A stretch of 64,000 bases of DNA, from positions 13,640,001-13,704,000 of the forward strand of contig NC_043001.1 of assembly GCF_006345805.1 (NCBI RefSeq), in the 5' to 3' direction. Both the position numbers and the translations under genes were made by a program. Within the stretch, counting starts at the first letter, position 1. Each line of letters starts with the position of its first letter. This DNA comes from Octopus sinensis (taxonomy: Eukaryota). Below the pieces are notes generated by a model. The model searched no databases and was not told where the DNA came from. It saw only the letters and a program-made list of their open reading frames with translations. Positions 26,304-38,652 of this stretch are shown piece by piece.

Positions 26304-26725
26304 GCGTAGGAGTGGCTGTGTGGTAAGTAGCTTGCTTACAAACCACATGGTTCTGGGTTCAGTCCCACAATTCGTGGCATCTTGGGCAGGTGTCTTCGAC
26401 TATAGCCTCGGGCCGACCAAACCCTTGTGAGTGGATATGGTAGACGGAAACTGAAAGAAGCCCGTCGTATATATGTGTATATGTATGTATGCATCTGCGT
26501 ATGTTTGTGTGTCTGTGTTTGTCCCCCCAACATCACCTGACAGCCGATGCTGGTGTGTTTACGTTCCCGTAACCTAGCGGTTCGGCAAAAGAGACCGATA
26601 GAATAAGTACTAGGCTTACAAAGAATAAGTCGTCCTGGGGTCGATTTGCTCGACTAAAAGCGGTGCTCCAGCATGGCCCCAGTCATGTGACCCAAACAAG
26701 CAACAGAGTAAAAGAGTAAAGAGAG
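26304..26725 (+). mobile_element. SINE family A, full length
   Basis: Matches 2840-3262. Confidence 0.9.
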
Positions 26726-27024
26726 TATAACTATAGAATGAAAGTTTCCTCACACTTCGTTTTACTTCTTCTCTTAAAATATCGGTTTCTGTGTTGTTAT
26801 ACGGGGTTCTAATTTCCTAAAATCTTTCAGAGATTAACTACCATTGCGCCGACAACCATTCTATCATCAACGTACAAAAATTCATATCTCGTGCTGCGTT
26901 GGGAGTCATCGGAAGGGATTCCAAATTATTACGCTTATGAATTTGCGTTGCAAAATTCCTCATGTAAAATGGTGTGTTGAAGCAGGTATTGTTGTATTTC
27001 GGGATGATCATTTTTTTTTTACAA

Positions 27025-27169
27025 TATTTACATTCGATGCATATTTGTCCTCATCTTGTTTGTTGTAGTGGTAAAGAGCGCGGACTACTAACCCCAAGAT
27101 TCAGAGTTCGATTCCAAGCAGTCAACTGAACAATAACAACAACAACAACAATAGTAATATTAGTAGTAC

Positions 27170-27208
<39 letters not shown>

Positions 27209-27505
27209 TGATGATAATACAAATGATAATAATAATGATGATGATGATAATACAAATGATAAAAATAATAATGATGATAATAATAATAATAATACAATTA
27301 ATAATAATAATAACACTTATAAAATCGAAAAATACCTTAGGAATGAGAACCCCAGTTCGAAATTTCCCCAAGACACCTGATGAGGGCTGGAGGGTATATC
27401 AGCCGAAATGTTGTGTTAACAACAAACAAGATGAGGACAAATATCCGTCGAATGTAAATAATGTAAATGACGTACATAATTCCTCATCTCTTAAATATAG
27501 AACTG
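27025..27505 (+). mobile_element. Family E: inverted tail fragment + tRNA-like head + (AAT/GAT)n linker + hammerhead-bearing tail
   Basis: Head tagtggtaaag...gagttcgattcc at 27066-27115; 27025-27066 is the reverse complement of 27419-27460 (40/42). Confidence 0.8.
27372..27417 (+). ncRNA. Minimal type I hammerhead ribozyme (PLE-type)
   Basis: Stem I GACAC/GUGUU, CUGAUGA, extra G, stem II GGCUG/CAGCC, GAAA, minimal stem III (A-UG-U), cleavage triplet GUU. Confidence 0.7.
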
Positions 27506-28781
27506 GATCATGTTCTGTTGCATATAAACACACGCACTGTATATTCCTTCTTCATTTGTAAATTACTGTCCCCACTAAGCGGAGCGGGAGCACACACGAG
27601 GACGGAAAGCGTCGTCGCTGAATAGGTCATAGATGTGTGATGAATGATTTCCGAACAATGAATATAACTTAGAGTAAAAACAGTAATAAACGAGTGAAGA
27701 GCGAATATATAGTGCCTGTGCAAAAAGAAAAAAAAATGACCATTTCGATATTACACCAATATAATTCCATGTTTTTTGTGGGGTTTTTTCATGAGAGGTA
27801 CCTATATTTACGACCTCGAAGTAATACATTCCTCTATAGGCGCAAGGCCTGAAATTTGGGCGAAGGGGGTTAGCTGACTACACCCATTCTTCACCCATTC
27901 TTTCTTACTGGTTAACTTATTTAGCATTTTACAATTATTGGTTTCGACAATTTTGCTACTTTTGTCAGTAATATCTTTGTTCTTTAACAGTTGCATTTAT
28001 AATCCAACACTAAATATTTCATAATTTATTTCATAATTTATTTGTAGTTGCATAATGTTGTTGGATCAAAGTACTTGAGGAAAATACAAATGTACAAATA
28101 CTCAATTGGTACTTTTTTTTTTTCGAGCCCAAAATAATGGAAGGTAAAATCTACCTGAGTGCTATTTCAACTCAAAGCGTAGAAAGCCGCAGAAATGCCA
28201 CTAAGCAGTTTACCTTGAGTTCAAAGAATCTGCTATCTTTATACAATTGACGATAATGGTTTCGAATTTTGAGTGGAGTGCACCACAGCACTCAATTGGT
28301 ATTTATTTTATCGCCCCCGAAGCTTGAATGGTTACGTTGGTATCTTCTATAATTAATAATAATACAAAACATTTCCTCCGTTGAACACAGATTACTGGGA
28401 AAAAGAACAAACATAAACGACAGACTTAGGTCTTAGTAAAAAAAAATTATAGTGGATAAAGAACACCCGATGTCTTCTGACTTAGATTAAACATGGACAC
28501 GACATTAGATATTTTCTTGAAGCCTCTGTAGAAGTGATACACAAAGTAAAGCAAAGATGCTGCAGTTCTGTTAGTCAAAGCTGTTTCACTGTACTGGTAA
28601 ATATGTCTTTAAACCAATTAATCATGCAAAAGTCCTTTGGAAACCATGGAGAATATGTATGTGAGTGTCTGTAGAAATTCCTATATATTAGAATAGCAGT
28701 CTGCTTTTGTATTTCTATATATGAGAATAGCGGTCTGCTGTTGTATTATGACCTTTGGTCATAACAATATATACTTTAATA

Positions 28782-28947
28782 GTTATCGCCATACTTATAT
28801 GGCAGTCTTATAAATATAAGACTAAAGCTGTCGCTGATTAGCTCCAAGAGGCCACCGCCTCAAGCTAGCTATTTCACACACAACCTGCTAATCAGCGACA
28901 GCTTTAGTCTTATATTTATAAGACTGCCATGTAAGTATGGCAATAAC
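28782..28947. repeat. Inverted repeat, 61-bp arms (59/61), 44-bp spacer
   Basis: Arms 28782-28842 and 28887-28947. Confidence 0.95.
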
Positions 28948-29194
28948 AATTAATTTCCAGTAACGCTGCCGTAATCTCCTTTAGAGAGACTTAGTAATTT
29001 TAATATTTCTAATACATACTTTGTAACTGACAAACAATCACATATAAGTTTGTTCTATAAGAACTATCTTATGACTAAACAAGTACAAAAGTAATAATGG
29101 ATTCAAATTTTGTCACGGGGAGAGTAGTTTTTGAGGGAATGGGAAGATGATTACATCGACGCCAGTACTTACATGATATTCATTTCATGATGAA

Positions 29195-29709
29195 AAAGGT
29201 GGCGAGATGGCAGAATCGTTAGCACGCCGGGCGAAATGCGTAGCCGTATTTCGTCTGCCGTCACGTTCTGAGTTCAAATTCCGGCGAGGTCGACTTTGCC
29301 TTTCATCCTTTCGGGATCGATAAATTAAGTACCAGTTACACACTGGGTCGATGTAATCGACTTAATGCCTATTTCGGTCCTTGTTTGTCCTCTCTATGTT
29401 TAGCCCCTTGTGGGTAATAAAGAAATAGGTTACGTTGACGCCAGTACTTAAATGACATTCATTTCATGATGAATAAGGTGGCGAGCTGGCAGAAACGTTA
29501 GCACGCCGGGCGAAATGTGTGGCCGTATTTCGTCTGCCGTCACGTTCTGAGTTCAAATTCCGGCGAGGTCGACTTTGCCTTTCATCCTTTCGGGATCGAT
29601 AAATTAAGTACCAGTTACGCACTGGGGTCGATATAATCGACTTAATCTATTTTCTGTTCTTGTATGTCCTCTCTGTGTTTTGCCCCTTGTGGGTAGTAAA
29701 GAAATAGGT
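29195..29709 (+). mobile_element. Two tandem SINE family B monomers inserted in an antisense family B remnant
   Basis: attcatttca(t/g)gatgaa recurs at ~29178, ~29458 and ~29710. Confidence 0.85.
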
Positions 29710-30449
29710 ATTCATTTCAGGATGAAAGGAGAAGGCGACCTCGGCGGATTTTGAACCAGAACGTATAGCCCGGACGAAATGCTACAAATACGTTTTTTTT
29801 TTCTTTCTGATGCCCTAACAATCTTGCCAACTCGCTGCGTTAAGTGCAACAATAATGATAAACTCAGCAGTAGTTGGGGGGGGGGAAACCAACAACAACA
29901 AAAGCAAGAACAAATTTTACAGCAACAAAGCATTAGAAAACTGAAACACGGTATAGCTATAGCGATATATGCAATGGCAAATGCATCAACAGGAACAAAA
30001 CGAAAAAATCAGAGTAATGGCAAGAGATAAGTCTTTCCACAGTTTCAACTATTTTTTAGTATTTTCTGTTAGGTTTCTCAATTTTCTCCTACAAATCGAT
30101 GGATATTGTCATGCACTCAATGAAATATGCTTCGTATTGTAGGAGAAATTAATTATTAAGATTTCTAAATGCGTATGTCAAAATATTTAAATAGACAAGA
30201 GAGAAGGTTTTTAATTACATCGAAATATTTCGAGATTCCTGTATATTTAGAATATGGTTTCTCGCGAACACGTTAACATGCATATAAACTTCATTTAGTT
30301 ATATGCATAACATATTATAAATGCACATAATATATGCGTGAGTGTGTGTTTGTGTGCGTGTATACATACATTAAAGGAGATCGGTAGATGAATAGAGAGA
30401 TGGATGCATATACTCATATAGACAAGCACACAGACACGCATACACACAT

Positions 30450-30482
30450 ACATACATAAATTTAAAAATATATATATATGCG

Positions 30483-30513
<31 letters not shown>

Positions 30514-30662
30514 CAAAATTTGAATCCATTATTACTTTTGTACTTGTTAAGTCTTAAGTTAGTTCTTATAGAACAAACTTATATGTGATTGTCAGTTACA
30601 AAGTATTTATTGTTATCACCGAAGGTCATAATACAGCAGCAGATTATACACAGATTGTGTGC

Positions 30663-30711
<49 letters not shown>

Positions 30712-30822
30712 CACACACACGGGCGCACACACACACATATATATATATATATACACATATACATATACATATATATATTATATATATATATATATACACA
30801 TATACATATACATATATATATC

Positions 30823-30864
<42 letters not shown>

Positions 30865-30865
30865 A
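30450..30865. repeat. (TA)n/(TG)n/(CA)n microsatellite cluster
   Basis: Direct reading. Confidence 0.85.
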
Positions 30866-30869
30866 CGTA

Positions 30870-31490
30870 AATGCATGACTATGTTTCATGCTAAGGTCTT
30901 CTTTTATGCATTGGATAGGCACTTTCCTAAATACAATATGTACCACAAGATCTTTAATATACTTACGGTGATACTATCATACACAACCTCTAATAACTTA
31001 GAATACTATGATCAGAAACTTAATGAGAAGAATCTGAAGTAAGAGATCACTAACATCATTAGTGGGCGAAAAGAAAGGAATAATGGATCAAATAATGATT
31101 ACAATAGAAAGTAAAAATTAATGAAGTAGATTTAAATAATTCTGATAAAAATAATAATATAGCCAATATCAAAAATGATATGAGTAATAATGGAATAATG
31201 GAATAATGGAATAATGTAATAATGGAATAATGTAATAATGTAATAATGGAATAATGGAATAATGTAATAGTATTAGAAACAGCAACAGGGATAGCAATGT
31301 AGGATATATCAAGAGCATAACCACAGAAATAATAAAGGAGAAAATACAAATAGAGGAAAGGCTGGCTTCTACCGACAAGGAAATAGCGTGGTAAAGAATT
31401 GTAATAGTAAAGACAGGAACAATTGCCGACCGGTAAATAAATGCCTTCCCAAGAATGTAATACACAGATGCACAGTCACAATGTTAACAG
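30870..31490 (+). pseudogene. Penelope-like element remnant (post-RT region and Cys-rich linker before GIY-YIG)
   Basis: [28 protein letters not shown] and NCNSKDRNNCRPVNKCLPKNVIHRCTVT; interrupted by an (ATAATGGA/ATAATGTA)n tract at ~31185-31270. Confidence 0.7.
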
Positions 31491-31657
31491 ATGCCTTTAT
31501 ATATACATACTAATTTGTGTTTGGATTGGACAAAGACTAAATTAATATAATTAAAAAAATAGTAAAAATTGTATTCTAGAAGAGTTCATGTATAAATAGA
31601 TATGATAATATATTCTATATTCCCCATATCATTTTATTTAACTTCATCATATTGGTT

Positions 31658-32050
31658 CTCTTTTACTCTTTTACTTGTTTCAGTAATTTGACTGCGGCCA
31701 TGCTGGAGCACCGCCTTTAGTCGAGCAAATCGACCCCGGGACTTATTCTTTGTAAGCCCAGTACTTATTCTATCGGTCTCTTTTGCCGAACCGCTAAGTG
31801 ACGGGGACGTAAACACACCAGCATCGGTTGTCAAGAAATGCTAGGGGGACAAACACAGACACACAAACATACATATATATATATATATGCATATATACGA
31901 CAGGCTTCTTTCAGTTTCCGTCTACCAAATCCACTCACAAGGCATTGGTCGGCCCGGGGCTATAGCAGAAGACACTTGCCCAAGATGCCACGCAGTGGGA
32001 CTGAACCCGGAACCATGTGGTTGGTTAGCAAGCTACTTACCACACAGCCA
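31658..32050 (-). mobile_element. SINE family A
   Basis: Reverse complement of the family consensus. Confidence 0.9.
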
Positions 32051-32269
32051 GTTTTTTTTTAAACAATAAGCATATATATAAGAAGTGTGCATGTGTGCAT
32101 ACATAGACAGATATATGCATGTATTATTTCTATTTCTCTAATTTTACTGTCTTTTATTTCTACTTTGAAAAATATTAAGTATATATGTAAGAAGTCTATA
32201 TGTGTGCGTATATAAATAGATATACGTATCTCACGATCGTGAGTGCAGCACCCAAACCACTAAGACATG

Positions 32270-32407
32270 GACCCCCCCCCTGCCGGAGCCTCGTGGAGCT
32301 TTAGGTGTTTTCGCTCAATAAACACTCACGACGATTCTGGGAATCGAATCCGCGATCCTACGACCGCGAGTCCGCTGCCCTAATCACTAGGCCATTGCAC
32401 CTCCACA
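32270..32407 (-). mobile_element. SINE family C, head half
   Basis: Minus strand gtggaggtgcaatggcctagtg...gattcgattccc. Confidence 0.8.
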
Positions 32408-32751
32408 TATATATATTATATATATATATATTCTTTTTTAATATTACTTGTTACAGTCATTTTAATGTGGCCATGCTGGGGTACCGCCTTTAGTCGAAGA
32501 AATCAACAGCAGGCTTTCTTCGTTGTAAGCCCAAAACTCACTGTCTAGGGTAAGTGTTTTGTATTACGTTTCCGGGTCGACTGAAGAAGGTGCGTTTGTT
32601 GCTTTTAGTTTAACTCTTATCTTTAGCAAAAGGTGTACTAGTCAGTACCGTCTGTCACTTTTGTGAGCTCTATTAATTTTGCCTTTAGGTTCTCGTTGCT
32701 CATAAACCGCCCTATTTAATTTGTTATATATATATATATATATAAATATAT

Positions 32752-32823
<72 letters not shown>

Positions 32824-32921
32824 GTCAATAAAAAAGGGTAAAATTAATTAATTATTAATTAATTTGACCGAGCAGTGTTTGGTATGTAAAACGACCAATT
32901 ACGGTATATTTGAAATATTAA

Positions 32922-33051
32922 TTTATAAAAATAGGGTAAAGTAAAATAAGTTTTCTTGCAGTAGAAGAAATAGCCAAATTTGGGGCTGCTATTTCTAAAA
33001 AGTTCGGTATGTGGTAAAGTAAATTATTTTACTTTACCCTATTTTTATAAA
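32922..33051. repeat. 28-bp perfect inverted repeat with an inner 9-bp inverted repeat
   Basis: tttataaaaatagggtaaagtaaaataa at 32922-32949 and its complement at 33024-33051. Confidence 0.9.
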
Positions 33052-34022
33052 GTAAAATATATATATATATATATATATACATACATGCGTGAGTATATGT
33101 GTGTGTGTGTATGTGTGTGTATGTATGTGTGAATGTGTGTCTGTATATATAAATATATATGTGTGTGTATACACGACGAGTTCCATAAGTTTCTGTCTAC
33201 CATATTCTCTTAGAAGGCATTAGTCGATCAGGTGACATAATAGAAAACACTCGCGCAAGGCGCTGCCGAGTAGGGCTTAAACCGAAAACCTATTTGATAC
33301 AATGCGAGCTTCTTAATCACATGACCGTTCTTTAAAGAATCACACTATTCGCAGCATTCTTGTATGGGCAGACAAAGCACGGTTATATAACACTATAACA
33401 TAAGCAAATGCTAACGATAAAATTGTTGTGATCCGAATAAGTTTCCTTGCATATAATATTTACAAGAAAACAGAAGTATTTTGTTTATTATGTTGGGTTT
33501 AGCATTCAGTGGAATACTGTTTGTTTTGTGTAATATACTTTTGTACCCACGCTGTAAGCTCTGTATCAGTATTTTACACGTATGCCAATATCTTACCAAA
33601 ATCCTTAAATATCTAAGGTTCCATTTATCCCATATTTGATTATGGCCTATTCATCGATATTTTCGCAACAAAACAGTGTCAGATCGTATCAGTAGTTTGA
33701 GTTACACTTAATCAAATATCCATGTAAACGTAGCCAGAAATTCGAACATATCTACTTCGTATGTCACGTCACAATTTCCAATCTTAATCCATTCGCAGTG
33801 TAATATTATCACAAAGACCATTAAGCATATCCATGATAACATATCTATTTTATATGTATTTCGAGCAAAGCATTGAATGAAAGTAATAAAATCACCTTTC
33901 ACAGTATGAGAAAACAAATGTGGGTGAACTACGGCAACAGATTATTCTTCACATGGATATAGCAATACATATTAATTCAGACATGAATAAACGCTCGTTC
34001 TATTACAGGTGAGTGACAAAAA

Positions 34023-34397
34023 TCTATATATATATAAAGCTGAAGTTGTCTGTGTATGGCAGGTTTGGTAGCCTTCCGAGACCCTGCGGCGCAAGTTGAC
34101 CAAAATTGAAAGTATGATAGAAGAAGGCTTCCTCTTCCTTCTGTAGAAGAAAAAATTCAAATCGGACCATTGTTAACACCACAAATCCTTTACATAAAAA
34201 AGGTGCTTTTTTTCTATGAAAATCTCTATTTTTAACAATTTTTTGACTGCTGTGTCGCCATTTTTCGGTGTACTTCAACGAGAAAAATGTTCACTTAAAG
34301 AGAATAACAAACTACATAATGCAAAATATTTACTTTTCAAAAATTCCAAATCTAAAGGGTCGAAACAAACCCGAGCAACGCTGAGCAATACTGCTAG
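34023..34397 (+). mobile_element. Non-autonomous Helitron
   Basis: A|TC start, CTAG|T end, decayed subterminal hairpin; homologous to 13720-14139. Confidence 0.85.
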
Positions 34398-34701
34398 TAT
34401 GATGATACAAGGGAAAGCATTTGTCCTTTAGCATTTGAATCAAGCCCAAATATTCTCCATGTTCTTTGTTCAAACTAACCAAATCTGTCCTACACACGAC
34501 TACTTTACTATATCTTTCAAAAACAAACAATTGAAATCTCGATGCTACGAAATACGGTATGATACATTTAACACCGACGTGATGAAATAAGCCTTACATT
34601 TTTTTAGGTAATTTGGATGCTAAGGCTATTCATGCCGTCACTTTGAAAGTAAACACTGTTACATCTCCCTATTCTACTATGTGGCTGCCTTCGACGATGT
34701 A

Positions 34702-35249
34702 CTGGGTTGTCCGGAAAGATCGTACCTCTCGACTTATTTTAGAACATGGTTGAGTCCATAAAATAGGATTTGACTACACCTCCATTTAGAGCACAGTTTA
34801 AGCTATTTTTCGTAGAAGAAGGTTTATGTCCCTATAACCTCTATTAATTCTGTAAACCTTTAAAATAGAAGATAAGGAAAGTTCATTTTCGGCACTTGAT
34901 GCTTTGGGAACCAGACAAAAATTGCTGCAGCACGGCTGGGATGTATTACCCCACCATCCATATTCACCAGATATTGCTCCTTCGGATTTCTACTTATTCA
35001 GGTCTCTGCAGAATAGTCTTAAAGGTAAAAATTTCAATTCCTTGGAGGACGTAAAATGATACCTTGATGAATTCTTTGCCATGAAACCACCTCATTTCTG
35101 GGAAGAGGGTATTTTCAAGTTAAAGGAAAGATGGAGAGATTTTGTGCAACAAAATGGGTCATATTTGATTAATTTAAAATGTAATGGCAAGTATTTATTG
35201 ACCTTTTTCCTTTCTTTAAAAATCGGCATGAACTTCCCGGACAACACAA
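34702..35249 (+). mobile_element. Internally deleted mariner, both TIRs and TA TSD
   Basis: TA|ctgggttgtccggaaag ... cttcccggacaacacaa|TA; same deletion junction as 7681-8243. Confidence 0.92.
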
Positions 35250-35515
35250 TAGTTTTATATATGTCAAATGATCGGACTGTAACAGATGAAACATTTGGTT
35301 ATAGATCTTCTGAGTAAGGTTCGCTTGTTGCTAAATAACATCAAAAGCAAAATAAAGGGGAGCAGCTCTTTTCTTGGATAGCAGTTTTTAATGCTTGGTG
35401 GAGCAGCTGCTAAGCAACGGCACCGATTCGCTAATCTCATCTAAGTTTGGGAAATTTCTGAATCAAATAAAACAGAGTTTTTTGTAAAAGAGAGAATGGA
35501 AATATGCTTTTTCTA

Positions 35516-35930
35516 AGGCGGCGAGCTGGCAGAAACGTTAGCACGCCGGACGAAATGCTTAGCGATAGTTCGTCTGCCGTAACGTTCTGAGTTCAAATTC
35601 CGCCGAGGTCGACTTTACCTTTCATTTTTTTCGGAGTCGATTAAATAAGTACCAGTTACGCACTGGTGTCGATTTAATCGACTTAATCTGTTTGTCTGTC
35701 CTTGTTTGTCCTCTCTGTGTGTAGCCCCTTGTGGGTAGTAATGAAATAGGTATTTCGTAGACCGCTACGTTCTGAGTTCAAATTCCGTCGAGGTCGACTT
35801 TGCCTTTCATCCTTTCGGGGTCGATTGAATAAGTACCAGTTACGCACTGGGGTCGATTTAATCGACTTAATCTGTTTGTCTGTCCTTGTTTGTCCCCTCT
35901 GTGTGTAGCTCCTTGCGGGCAATAAACAAA
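35516..35930 (+). mobile_element. SINE family B dimer
   Basis: Head + core-tail + core-tail. Confidence 0.9.
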
Positions 35931-35949
35931 GAAGAAATATACGCTTTAA

Positions 35950-36165
35950 CTTGTTATTGTTGTCTTTGCTGTTGGATTTGAGGCAGTTGTTTTTGGTGTT
36001 TGCTGTTGTTGTTGATGATGATAATGATGATGATGGACATGTCGATGATGATGACGAAGATGACGACGACACCGGTGGTGTTGGTCTCGGTGGTGGTGTG
36101 GTGCTTTGCAGTGGTATTGATGGTTGTGACGAAGGCGTGTTGGTTGTAGTGATTGAGATGAATAT
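35950..36165. repeat. Compound (GTT)/(GAT)/(GGT) triplet low-complexity tract
   Basis: Direct reading. Confidence 0.8.
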
Positions 36166-36399
36166 CAATTGAAAACGATCCAGTTATAGAAGTGACATGC
36201 TGCGACTAAATCTGATTAATCTAGCGGACACGATTTCTTCAATAATTGATGCCACTTAAATTAGAAAAGAAATCTCATAAGAACGGCGGTAGAATTACTG
36301 CTTAACATTCGACTGATAAAATGATTATTGTCTAAAAAGAAACCTGCTGATTGTTTTGTAGTTATATGGGGCCTTGGCATCAGTCTTCCACTAAATACC

Positions 36400-36820
36400 C
36401 ATTTCTTTACTACCCACAAGGGGCTATACCCAGAGAGGACAAACAAGGACAGACAAACGGATTAAGTCGATTATATCGACCCCAGGGCGTAACTGGTACT
36501 TATTTAATCGAGCCCGAAATGGTGAAAGGCAAAGTCGACCTCGGCGGAATTTGAACTCAGAACGTAGCGGCAGACGAAACACCTATTTCTTTACTACCCT
36601 CAAGGGGCTAAACACAGAGAGGACGAACAAGGACAGACAAAAGGATTAAGTCGATTATATCGACCCCAGTGCGTGAGGGGATACTTATTTAATCGACACC
36701 GAAAGGATGAAAGGCAGAGTGAGCCTCGGCGGAATTTGAACTCAGGACGTAGCGGCAGACGAAATACCGCTAAGCATATCGCCCGGCGTGCTAACATTTC
36801 TGCAAGCTCGCCGCATTTGA
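36400..36820 (-). mobile_element. SINE family B dimer, 11-bp TSD
   Basis: cactaaatacc at 36389-36399 and 36821-36831. Confidence 0.9.
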
Positions 36821-37339
36821 CACTAAATACCTAACCTTCATTAAAGTGATAAAGGAAAAATAACCCCGAATTTGTCATATACGAATCTTATATCTATTAA
36901 CCGCAAGGAAGCACAAATAGAATTTGAATCATCGTATTATGCTCCATGTTCATGAGCAGTACTTGAGTTGAAGCCTAACAATAGTCTCGTATTTAGAAGC
37001 TCAATATCACCTGCAATCTCACATGACGAAATTATATACTTAACATATCTTGGATTGCATCCAATCGATTGATCTTTCGATTCAGGTCCAAACGTCACTT
37101 CAGTTCACTAGCTAAACAGCTCGAGTAAATCTCAAGCATTATGCGAAGGGCGACAACGTGTAACCACAGGCCATTTTGGATCTTATCAATTCTCAGTTTT
37201 TGAACTTTCCTTCAAATAACATTCAAATCGCCTTCTGAAATTTTATCGCAGATTATATTCCACTTGATTTTCTAATCAAGCTTTGGATTTTGTTATAGAA
37301 AATGTGTGCTAAAACTAACTTCGATATTTATTAGTAGCA

Positions 37340-37720
37340 GTCAAGGCAGTGAGTTTTAGAATCGCTAGCACGCCGTGCAATATGGTTAGCGGCATTTCAT
37401 GTGTCCTTACGTTCTGGGATCAAATTCCGCCAAGGTTGACTCTGATTTTCATCCTTTCTAGTTAGATTAAATAAGTACCAGTGGAGCTCTATGGTCAATG
37501 TAATCGACTTAGCCCCTACATCGAAATTGCTGGTCTTGTGCCCAAAGTTTAAACAATATGGCGTTGAGCAGGCAGAAGTGTTTGCTCGCCGTTCTTTAGA
37601 TTTGTTTCGTCCATCTTTACGTTCTGAGCTGAAATTTCGATGACTGGGGGTCGATTAAATAAGTACATTCGACTTATCCCCTGCGCCAAAAGTTACTGGC
37701 TTTGTGCCAATATTTGAAAC
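37340..37720 (+). mobile_element. Two old degenerate family B-like SINEs
   Basis: Eroded head and core motifs (gaatcgctagcacgcc, ttcatcctttc, aagtaccag). Confidence 0.6.
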
Positions 37721-38258
37721 TAATATTTATTAATAGATTCTGTATCGATTTTTTTCTTATTGTACATTGTTTCATATAGCAATTGTTATTCTTTATTTTT
37801 ATTCTTTTTAGTAATGATATGGAAAATGTAGTGAGCTTGCAGAAACGTTTTAAGCCGGATTAGGCTTATCAGCATTTCTTCAGGCTGTTTATGTTCTGAA
37901 TTCGAATGCCATAATAACAACTTGGGTCAAATTGACTTTTCATCATTTCGGGGACAACAAAATAAGCACCCGTTCAGTACTGGGTTCTATACTTTGAACT
38001 AACCTAAATCACTCTCAACATTAAAATCAATTATTGATATGGAAAGACAAATTTGAATTTACCCCACAGTAATTTTTGAAATTATACTAACTTGGAACAT
38101 ATTGTAAGTGTACTTTGAGCTTTCTCTTTCGTGTAAAGTTTCATGTCATAATTTTCAAGCAATAATAATGATTGATATTGAAACTACTTAAACGTAAAAG
38201 ATTTATTAATTATTCCTTAATTACATAGTCATCAATTGTCAACATATTCCAGTTATAT

Positions 38259-38312
38259 AGTTTTATATTTAAAAGATGCGGAATTATGTACATTATTTAC
38301 ATTCGACGGATA
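38259..38312 (-). mobile_element. Inverted tail fragment of family E
   Basis: Reverse complement reads tatccgtcgaatgtaaataatgtacataattccgcatcttttaaatataaaact, matching ~27442-27502. Confidence 0.8.
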
Positions 38313-38399
38313 ACAATAACAGTGATAATAATAACAATAATTTTAATAATAATGATAATAATTGATAATAATAATAATATAATAATAATAATAATAATA

Positions 38400-38439
<40 letters not shown>

Positions 38440-38621
38440 TTAATAATAATATTATTAATAATAATATTAATGATAATAATATTAATAATAATAATATTAA
38501 TAATAATATTATTAATAATATTATTATTAATAATAATATTAATAATAATAATATTAATAATAATAATATTAATAATAATATTAATAATAATAATAATAAT
38601 ATTAATAATAATAATAATAAT

Positions 38622-38652
<31 letters not shown>
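38313..38652 (+). repeat. (AAT)n microsatellite
   Basis: Direct reading. Confidence 0.97.

Noticed and set aside
30967-31033. Minus-strand exon with good splice sites
   Set aside because: Stops in all frames, and it lies antisense within a PLE remnant.
35683-36172. Mucin-like or acidic ORFs
   Set aside because: Triplet low-complexity tract fused to a SINE.
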